DNA from: Utricularia gibba
Taxonomy: Eukaryota; Plantae; Magnoliophyta
DNA length: 20,515 nucleotides
Assembly (NCBI GenBank): GCA_002189035.1
Contig: NEEC01000351.1
Span: forward strand, 1-20,515
Direction of reading: 5' to 3'
Shown here: positions 10,778-20,515 of the stretch, in pieces
How the letters are laid out: every line of letters begins with the position of its first letter
Numbering within the stretch: position 1 is the first letter of the stretch
The notes under the pieces: model-generated
Database searches by the model: none
Told to the model about the DNA's origin: nothing
What the model saw: only the letters and a program-made list of their open reading frames with translations
Made by a program: the position numbers and the translations under genes

Positions 10778-12623
10778 CTTTATATCTGAGGAGGCGCTCT
10801 CGTGGGGCAACGGTATCGAGAAGGAGGTCGAGTCGAGCTCGGGCCCATAGTCATTTGTGGCAAAAAACTTGATGCATTTCTTAACGTTGGGTTTAATTGG
10901 CTGCCTACATGGTTTCTCAAGGAAAAGCTTGTCGTTTTTGGGCGGTGATGTCGTTGTGAACTTCGTTCTGACCCAAGGTTCGGTCTGACTCCTTTGCCAC
11001 ATCGGGTCCTACTCGACGAAATCGTGCTGCACTTATTGAAGTTAGGATGTCATGAGCACCCAAAATGGTTTTCTCAACCGCATGCTTTATATCTGAGGAG
11101 GCGCTCTCGTGGGGCAACGGTATCGAGAGGAGGTCGAGTCGAGCTCGGCCATAGTCATTTGTGCTCGGCAAAAAACTTGATGCATTTCTTAACGTTGGGT
11201 TTTAATTGGCTGCCTACATGGTTTTCAAGGAAAAGCTTGTCGTTTTTGGGCGGGTGATGTCGTTGTGAACTTCGTTCTGACCCAAGGTTCGGTCTGACTC
11301 CTTTGCCACATCGGGTCCTACTCGACGAAAATCGTGATGCACTTATTGAAGTTAGGATGTCATGAGCACCCAAAATGGTTTTCTCAACCGCATGCTTTAT
11401 ATCTGAGGAGGCGCTCTCGTGGGCAACGGTATCGAGAAGGAGGTCGAGTCGAGCTCGGGCCCATAGTCATTTGTGCTCGGCAAAAAACTTGATGCATTTC
11501 TTAACGTTGGGTTTTAATTGGCTGCCTACATGGTTTCTCAAGGAAAAGCTTGTCGTTTTTGGGCGGTGATGTCGTTGTGAACTTCGTTCTGACCCAAGGT
11601 TCGGTCTGACTCCTTTGCCACATCGGGTCCTACTCGACGAAAATCGTGCTGCACTTATTGAAGTTAGGATGTCATAGCACCCAAAATGGTTTTCTCAACC
11701 GCATGCTTATATCTGAGGAGCGCTCTCGTGGGGCAACGGTATCGAGAAGGAGGTCGAGTCGAGCTCGGGCCCATAGTCATTTGTGGCTCGGCAAAAAACT
11801 TGATGCATTTCTTAACGTTGGGTTTTAATTGGCTGCCTACATGGTTTCAAGGAAAAGCTTGTCGTTTTTGGGGTGATGTCGTTGTGAACTTGTTCTGACC
11901 AAGGTTCGGTCTGACTCCTTTGCCACATCGGGTCCTACTCGACGAAATCGTGATGCACTTATTGAAGTTAGGATGATCACCAAAATGGTTTTCTCAACCG
12001 CATGCTTTATATCTGAGGAGGCGCTCTCGTGGGCAACGGTATCGAGAAGAGGTCGAGTCGAGCTCGGGCCATAGTCATTTGTGCTCGGCAAAAAACTTGA
12101 TGCATTTTAACGTTGGGTTTTAATTGGCTGCCTACATGGTTTCTCAAGGAAAAGCTTGTCGTTTTTGGGCGGGTGATGTCGTTGTGAACTTCGTTCTGAC
12201 CCAAGGTTCGGTCTGACTCCTTTGCCACATCGGGTCCTACTCGACGAAAATCGTGCTGCACTTATTGAAGTTAGGATGTCATGAGCACCCAAAATGGTTT
12301 TCTCAACCGCATGCTTTATATCTGAGGAGGCGCTCTCGTGGGCAACGGTATCGAGAAGGAGGTCGAGTCGAGCTCGGGCCCATAGTCATTTGTGGCTCGG
12401 CAAAAAACTTGATGCATTTCTTAACGTTGGTTTTAATTGGCTGCCTACATGGTTTCTCAAGGAAAAGCTTGTCGTTTTTGGCGGTGATGTCGTTGTGAAC
12501 TTCGTTCTGACCCAAGGTTCGGTCTGACTCCTTTGCCACATCGGGTCCTACTCGACGAAAATCGTGATGCACTTATTGAAGTTAGGATGTCATAAGCACC
12601 CAAAATGTTTTCTCAACCGCATG
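10778..12623. repeat. Putative dimeric higher-order repeat (long-C / long-A) x3
   Basis: Six consecutive long copies (10778, 11085, 11395, 11706, 12005, 12314) alternate GTGCTGCAC / GTGATGCAC. Confidence 0.45.
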
Positions 12624-13300
12624 CTTTATATCTGAGGAGGCGCTCTCGTGGGGCAACGGTATCGAGAAGGAGGTCGAGTCGAGCTCGGGCCCATAGTCAT
12701 TTGTAGCTCGGCAAAAACTTGATGCATTTCTTAACGTTGGTTTTAATTGGCTGCCTACATGGTTTCTCAAGGAAAAGCTTGTCGTTTTGGGCGGGTGATG
12801 TCGTTGTGAACTTCGTTCTGACCCAAGGTTCCCACATCGGGTCCTACTCGACGAAAATCGTGATGCACTTATTGAAGTTAGGATGTCATGAGCACCCAAA
12901 ATGGTTTTCTCAACCGCATGCTTTATATCTGAGGAGGCGCTCTCGTGGGGCAACGGTATCGAGAAGGAGGTCGAGTCGAGCTCGGCCCATAGTCATTTGT
13001 GCTCGGCAAAAAACTTGATGCATTTCTTAACGTTGGGTTTTAATTGGCTGCCTACATGGTTTCTCAAGGAAAAGCTTGTCGTTTTTGGGGGGTGATGTCG
13101 TTGTGAACTTCGTTCTGACCCAAGGTTCCTTTGCCACATCGGGTCCTACTCGACGAAAATCGTGCTGCACTTATTGAAGTTAGGATGTCATAGCACCCAA
13201 AATGGTTTTCTCAACCGCATGCTTTATATCTGAGGAGGCGCTCTCGTGGGGCAACGGTATCGAGAAGGAGGTCGAGTCGAGCTCGGGCCCATAGTCATTT

Positions 13301-16300
13301 GTAAAAAACTTGCTCGGCAAAAAACTTGATGCATTTTTTTCCTTTGCCACATCGGGTCCTACTCGACGGTTTTAAAGTTGGCTGCCTACATGCTTTATAT
13401 CTGAGGAGGCGCTCTCGTGGGGCAACGGTATCGAGAAGGAGGTCGAGTCGAGCTCGGGCCCAGCTTGTGGCTCGTTTTTGGGCTGCCTACATGGTGATGT
13501 CGTTTTTGTGAACTTCGTTCTGACCCAAGGTTCGGTCTGACTCCTTTGCCACATCGGGTCCTACTCGACGAAAATCGTGCTGCACTGAAGTTAGGATGTC
13601 ATAGCACCCAAAATGGTTTTCTCAACCGCATGCTTTATATCTGAGGAGGCGCTCTCGTGGGCAACGGTATCGAGAAGGAGGTCATAATAGTCACTCGGCA
13701 AAAAACTTGGCATTTCTCTCACATGGTTTCTCGGAAAAGCTTGTCGTTTTTGGGCGGGTGATGCTTTATATTCTGAGGAGACGCGCTCTCGTGGGGCAAC
13801 GGTATCGAGAAGGAGGTCGAGTCGAGCTCGGGCCCATTTCTTAGTCATTTGTAGCTCTTCGTCTGACCCAAAACAACTTGATGCATTTTTTCTTAACTGT
13901 TCGGGTTCGAGAAGGGGTTAATTGGCTGCCTTGACATGGTTTCTCAAGGAAGGAAGCTTGTCGTTTTTGGGCGGGTGATGTCGTTGTGAACTTCGTTCTG
14001 ACCCAAGGTTCGACTCCTTTGCCACATCGGGTCCTACTCGACGAAAATCGTGATGCACTTATTGAAGTTAGGATGTCATGAGCACCCAAAATGGTTTTCT
14101 CAACCGCATGCTTTATATCTGAGGAGGCGCTCTCGTGGGGCAACGGTATCGAGAAGGAGGTCGAGTCGAGCTCGGGCCCATAGTCATTTGTAAAAAACTT
14201 GATGCTTTCGGCAAAAGGAACTTGATGTCGTTGTGAACTTCGTTCTGACCCAAGGTTCTTTGCCACATCGGGTCCTACTCGACGAAAATCGTGCTGCACT
14301 TATTGAAGTTAGGATGTCATGAGCACCAAAATGGTTTTCTCAACCGCATGCTTTATATCTGAGGAGGCGCTCGTGGGGCAACGGTATCTCAAGCTCGAAA
14401 AGCTTGTCGTTTTTTAATTGGCTGCCTACATGGTTTCTCAAGGAAAAGCTTGTCGTTTTTGGGCGGGTGAAACTTCGTTCTGACCCAAGGTTCGGTCTGA
14501 CTCCTTTGCCACATCGGGTCCTACTCGACGAAAATCGTGATGCACTTATTGAAGTTAGGATGTCATGAGCACCCAAAATGGTTTTCTCAACCGCATGCTT
14601 TATATTTGAGGATCGGCGAGTCGAGCTCTAGTCGTGCTCGGCAAAAAACTTGATGCATTTTAACGTTGGGTATCGACATGAAGGAGGTCGATGTCGAACT
14701 TCGTTCTGACCCAAGGGCCACATCGGGTCCTACTCGACGAAAATCGTGATGCACTTATTGAAGTTAGGATGTCATAGCACCCAAAATGGTTTTCTCAACC
14801 GCATGCTTTATATCTGAGGAGGCGCTCTCGTGGGGCAACGGTATCGCATTTCTTAACGTTGGGGTTTTAATTGGCTGCCTACATGGTTTCTCAAGGAAAA
14901 GCTTGTCGTTTTTGGGCGGGTGATGTCGTTGTGAACTTCGTTCTGACCCAAGGTTCGGTTGACTCCTTTGCCACTCGGGTCGTCGTCTGACCCAAGGTTC
15001 GCATGTCTGACTCTCGTGGGGCAACGGTATGCGAGAATCGAGTCGTCGACGAAGCTCGTGATGCCTTATTGAGTCCTATTGTGTGGAGCACCCAAAATGG
15101 TTTTCTCAACCGCATGCTTTATATGAGGAGGCGCTCTCGTGGGGCAACGGTATCGAGAAGGAGGTCGAGTCGAGCTCGGGCCCATAGTCATTTGTAACGT
15201 TGGGTTTTAATTGGCTGCCTACATGGTTTCTCAAGGAAAAGCTTGTCGTTTTTGGGCGGTGATGTCGTTGTGAACTTCGTTCTGACCCAAGGTTCGGTCT
15301 GACTCCTTTGCCACATCGGGTCCTACTCGACGAAAATCGTGATGCACTTATTGAAGTTAGGATGTCATGAGCACCAAAATACATGGTCTCGTCTCAGAGG
15401 AAAAGCTTTGTGCGTTTTTGGGCGGGTGATGTCGTTTTTGTGAACTTCGTTCTGACCCAAGGTTGGTCTGACATCCTTTGCCACTCGACGAAAATCGTGC
15501 TCGACTTAAAATTGAAGTTGCTGCACTGTATTGAAGTTAAAGGATGTCATTCACCCAAAATGGTGCTTTATATCTGAGGAGGCGCTCTCGTGGGCAACGG
15601 TATCGAGAAGGAGCTTCATATTGAGGAGGCTGCGGGCCCATAGTCATTTGTCGGAAGCAAAAGTCTTGATGCTCTCTCAACGTAGTCATTTAGCATTGGC
15701 TGGCAAAAAACTTGATGGCATCTCAAGGAAAAGCTTGTCGTTTTTGGGCGGTGATGTCGTTGTGAACTTCGTTCTGACCAAGGTTTTAATTGGTCTGCCA
15801 CTCATGGTTTCTCAAGCCACATTTCCTACTCGACGATCGTTGTGAACTTCGTTCTGACTTATTCAAGGTTCCTTTGCACATCGGGTCCTACTCGACGAAA
15901 ATCGTGATGAGCACCCAAAAAGGTTTTCTCAACCGCATGCTTTATATCTGAGGAGGCGCAACTCGTGGCTTTATATCTGAGGATCGTGGGGGTATCGAGA
16001 AGGAGGTCGAGTCGAGCTCGGGCCCATAGTCATTTGTGCTCGGCAAAAAACTTGATGCATTTCTTAACGTTGGGTTTTAATTGGCTGCCTACATGGTTTC
16101 TCAAGGAAAGCTTGTCGTTTTTGGGCGGTGATGTCGTTGTGAACTTCGTTCTGACCCAAGGTTCGGTCTGACTCCTGCTTGCCACAAAAACTTCCTACTC
16201 GACGAAATCGTGCTGGGTTTTAATTGGCTGCCTACATGGTTTCTCAAGGAAAAGCTTGTCGTTTTTGGGCGGTGATGTCGTTGTGAACTTCGTTCTGACC

Positions 16301-17525
16301 CAAGGTTCGGGTCTTTCTCACATCCGCATGCTTTATATTGAGGCGCTCTCGTGGGGCAAATCGGTATCGAGAGGGGTCGTTAGGATGAGCTCGGGCCCAC
16401 CCAAAGTCATTCTGTGGCTCGGCAAAATATCTGAGGAGGCGCTCTCGTGGGCAACGGTATCGAGAAGGAGGTCTTAGTCGACGTTGGGTTTTAATTGGCT
16501 GCCTACATGGTTTCTCAAGGAAAAGCTTGTCGTTTTGGGCGGTGATGTCGTTGTGAACTTCGTTCTGACCCAAGTTCGTCTGACTCCTTTGCATTCTTAA
16601 CGTCCTACTCGACGAAAATCGTGCTGCACTTATTGAAGTTAGGAAAAGCTTGTCGTTTTGGGCGGGTGAGTCACCCAAAACTGGTCGTCAACCGCATGCT
16701 TTTGCTGAGGATCGGCGCTCTCGTGGGGAAAATCGAGAGGAGGTCGAGTCGAGCTCGGGCCCATAGTCATGAGTAGCACGGTTTTCTCAACCGCATGCTT
16801 TATATTTGATGCATCTCGTCTTAAACGTTGGGTTTTAATTGGCTGCCTACATGGTTTCTCAAGGAAAAGCTTGTCGTTTTTGGGCGGGTGAGTCGTTGTG
16901 AACTTCGTTCTGACCCAAGGTTCCTTTGCACATCGGGTCCTACTCGACGAAAATCGTGCTGCACTTATTGAAGTTAGGATGTCATGAGCACCCAAAATGG
17001 TTTTCTCAACCGCATGCTTTATATCTGAGGAGGCGCTCTCGTGGGCAACGGTATCGACTGAAGGAGGTCGAGTCGAGCTCGGGCCCATAGTCATTTGTGC
17101 TCGGCAAAAAACGGGTGATGCGTTTTTTAACTTCGTTCTGCCTACATGGTTTCTCAAGGAAAAGCTTGTCGTTTTTGGGCGGGTGATGTCGTTGTGACTC
17201 GACGAAAATCGTGATGCACTTATTGAAGTTAGGATGTCATGAGGTTCGGTCTGACTCCTCTCAACCCACATCGGGTCTGACTCGGCGAAATTCGTGATGC
17301 ACTTATCGAGAAGAAGTTAGGATGTCATAGTCACCCAAAATGGTAGTCATCTCAACCTCGGCAAAAACTTGATGCATTTCTTAACGTTGGGTTTTAATCT
17401 GGCTGGAGGCGCTCTCGTGGGGCAACGGTATCGAGAAGGAGGTCGAGTTTTGAGGCGGGGCCCATAGTCGTTTGTAGCTCGGCAAAAAACTTGTTCTGAC
17501 CTTTCGGTCTGACTCCTTTGTTTTA
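13301..17525. other. Scrambled / degraded part of the array made of shuffled monomer fragments, with a few near-clean stretches
   Basis: Same-strand monomer fragments are joined out of order, e.g. CCTACATG|CTTTATATC at 13385-13401 and GTTAGGA|AAAGCTTG at 16638-16652. Near-clean stretches occur around 13960-14190, 15080-15375 and 16820-17100. Confidence 0.85.
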
Positions 17526-20515
17526 CATCGGGTCCTACTCGACGAAATCGTGATGCACTTATTGAAGTTAGGATGTCATAGCACCCAAAATGGTTTTTCT
17601 CAACCGCATGCTTTATATCTGAGGAGGCGCTCTCGTGGGGCAACGGTATCGAGAAGAGGTCGAGTCGAGCTCGGGCCCATAGTCATTTGTAGCTCGGCAA
17701 AAAACTTGATGCATTTCTTAACGTTGGGTTTTAATTGGCTGCCTACATGGTTTCTCAAGGAAAAGCTTGTCGTTTTTGGGCGGGTGATGTCGTTGTGAAC
17801 TTCGTTCTGACCCAATCCTTTGCCACATCGGGTCCTACTCGACGAAAATCGTGCTGCACTTATTGAAGTTAGGATGTCATGAGCACCCAAAATGGTTTTC
17901 TCAACCGCATGCTTTATATCTGAGGAGGCGCTCTCGTGGGCAACGGTATCGAGAAGGAGGTCGAGTCGAGCTCGGGCCCATAGTCATTTGTAGCTCGGCA
18001 AAAAACTTGATGCATTTCTTAACGTTGGGTTTTAATTGGCTGCCTACATGGTTTCTCAAGGAAAAGCTTGTCGTTTTTGGGCGGGTGATGTCGTTGTGAA
18101 CTTCGTTCTGACCCAAGGTTCGGTCTGACTCCTTTGCCACATCGGGTCCTACTCGACGAAAATCGTGATGCACTTATTGAAGTTAGGATGTCATGAGCAC
18201 CCAAAATGGTTTTCTCAACCGCATGCTTTATATCTGAGGAGGCGCTCTCGTGGGGCAACGGTATCGAGAGGAGGTCGAGTCGAGCTCGGGCCCATAGTCA
18301 TTTGTAGCTCGGCAAAAAAACTTGATGCATTTCTTAACGTTGGTTTTAATTGGCTGCCTACATGGTTTCTCAAGGAAAAGCTTGTCGTTTTTGGGCGGTG
18401 ATGTCGTTTGAACTTCGTTCTGACCCAAGGTTCCTTTGCCACATCGGGTCCTACTCGACGAAATCGTGATGCACTTATTGAAGTTAGGATGTCATGAGCA
18501 CCCAAAATGGTTTTCTCAACCGCATGCTTTATATCTGAGGAGGCGCTCTCGGGGGCAACGGTATCGAGAAGGAGGTCGAGTCGAGCTCGGGCCCATAGTC
18601 ATTTGAGCTCGGCAAAAAACTTGATGCATTTTCTTAACGTTGGGTTTTAATTGGCTGCCTACATGGTTTCTCAAGGAAAAGCTTGTCGTTTTTGGGCGGT
18701 GATGTCGTTGTGAACTTCGTTCTGACCCAAGGTTCGGTCTGACTCCTTTGCCACATCGGGTCCTACTCGACGAAAATCGTGATGCACTTATTGAAGTTAG
18801 GATGTCATGAGCACCCAAAATGGTTTTCTCAACCGCATGCTTTATATCTGAGGAGGCGCTCTCGTGGGCAACGGTATCGAGAAGGAGGTCGAGTCGAGCT
18901 CGGGCCCATAGTCATTTGTGCTCGGCAAAAAACTTGATGCATTTCTTAACGTTGGGTTTTAAGGCTGCCTACATGGTTTCTCAAGGAAAAGCTTGTCGTT
19001 TTTTGGGGTGATGTCGTTGTGAACTTCGTTCTGACCCAAGGTTCGGTCTGACTCCTTTGCCACATCGGGTCCTACTCGACGAAAATCGTGCTGCACTTAT
19101 TGAAGTTAGGATGTCATGAGCACCCAAAATGGTTTTCTCAACCGCATGCTTTATATTTGAAGGCGCTCTCGTGGCAACGGTATCGAGAAGGAGGTCGAGT
19201 CGAGCTCGGGCCCATAGTCATTTGTGGCTCGGCAAAAAACTTGATGCATTTCTTAACGTTGGGTTTTAATTGGCTGCCTACATGGTTTCTCAAGGAAAAG
19301 CTTGTCGTTTTTGGGCGGGTGATGTCGTTGTGAACTTCGTTCTGACCCAAGGTTCGGTCTGACTCCTTTGCCACATCGGGTCCTACTCGACGAAAATCGT
19401 GATGCACTTATTGAAGTTAGGATGTCATGAGCACCCAAAATGGTTTTCTCAACCGCATGCTTTATATTGAGGAGGCGCTCTCGTGGGCAACGGTATCGAA
19501 AGGAGGTCGAGTCGAGCTCGGGCCCATAGTCATTTGTAGCTCGGCAAAAAACTTGATGCATTTCTTAACGTTGGGTTTTAATTGGCTGCCTACATGGTTT
19601 CTCAAGGAAAAGCTTGTCGTTTTGGCGGGTGATGTCGTTGTGAACTTCGTTCTGACCCAAGTGACTCCTTTGCCACATCGGGTCCTACTCGACGAAAATC
19701 GTGATGCACTTATTGAAGTTAGGATGTCATGAGCACCCAAAATGGTTTTCTCAACCGCATGCTTTATATTGAGGAGGCGCTCTCGTGGGGCAACGGTATC
19801 GAGCAGGAGGTCGAGTCGAGCTCGGGCCCATAGTCATTTGTGGCTCGGCAAAAAACTTGATGCATTTCTTAACGTTGGGTTTTAATTGGCTGCCTACATG
19901 GTTTCTCAAGAAAAGCTTGTCGTTTTTGGGGGTGATGTCGTTGTGAACTTCGTTCTGACCCAAGGTTCGGTCTGACTCCTTTTCCACATCGGGTCCTACT
20001 CGACGAAATCGTGATGCACTTATTGAAGTTAGGATGTCATAAGCACCCAAAATGGTTTTCTCAACCGCATGCTTTATATCTGAGGAGGCGCTCTCGTGGG
20101 GCAACGGTATCGAGAAGGAGGTCGAGTCGAGCTCGGGCCATAGTCATTTGTAGCTCGGCAAAAAACTTGATGCATTTCTTAACGTTGGGTTTTAATTGGC
20201 TGCCTACATGGTTTCTCAAGGAAAAGCTTGTCGTTTTGGGGGTGATGTCGTTTGAACTTCGTTCTGACCCAAGGTTCCTTTGCCACATCGGGTCCTACTC
20301 GACGAAAATCGTGATGCACTTATTGAAGTTAGGATGTCATAAGCACCCAAAATGGTTTTCTCAACCGCATGCTTTATATCTGAGGAGGCGCTCTCGTGGG
20401 GGCAACGGTATCGAGAAGGAGGTCGAGTCGAGCTCGGGCCCATAGTCATTTGTAGCTCGGCAAAAACTTGATGCATTTCTTAACGTTGGGTTTTAATTGG
20501 CTGCCTACATGGTTT

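Larger units (their letters stand above)
1..20515. repeat. Tandem satellite-like array of a 315-bp monomer (305 bp in the short variant), ~66 monomer equivalents, running off both window edges
   Basis: The anchor CTTTATATCTGAGGAGGCGC (or a slightly degraded form) recurs at 1, 300, 599, 909, 1208, 1509, 1816, 2120, 2424, 2738 ... 7969, 8284 ... 20072, 20372. Spacing is 313-315 bp for long copies and ~293-305 bp for short copies. I saw no unique sequence and no inverted copy. Confidence 0.99.

Noticed and set aside
1-20515. CRISPR array or other repeat-spacer system
   Set aside because: There are no unique spacers; the entire unit is repeated and no cas-like gene is present.
1-20515. Single-base length differences in G, A, T and C runs as monomer polymorphisms; phased A-tract curvature
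   Set aside because: Homopolymer shortening is scattered without pattern and is typical long-read error. A/T tracts are not regularly spaced at ~10.5 bp.

Overview
The whole 20,515-bp window is one uninterrupted head-to-tail tandem array of a 315-bp monomer, about 66 monomer equivalents, all in the same orientation. The consensus is about 49% GC by hand count, and a clean copy lies at 7969-8283. I see no credible protein-coding gene, RNA gene, CRISPR array or mobile element; every listed ORF is a by-product of the repeat. The monomer is itself a diverged dimer of ~157/158-bp subunits, an architecture typical of eukaryotic (especially plant) satellite DNA. I could not assign it to a named family. 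Copies are not identical. A 10-bp indel (CGGTCTGACT) and a linked C/A site define three main haplotypes, which form local higher-order patterns: a short-short-long trimer at the 5' end and a C/A alternating dimer near 10.8-12.6 kb. Frequent homopolymer-length deletions, a noisy copy at ~10.44-10.69 kb and a scrambled block at ~13.3-17.5 kb suggest an unpolished long read or low-coverage contig, so fine-scale variants need raw-data confirmation. I found no evidence of a novel gene system. The interesting signal is the hierarchical repeat structure.
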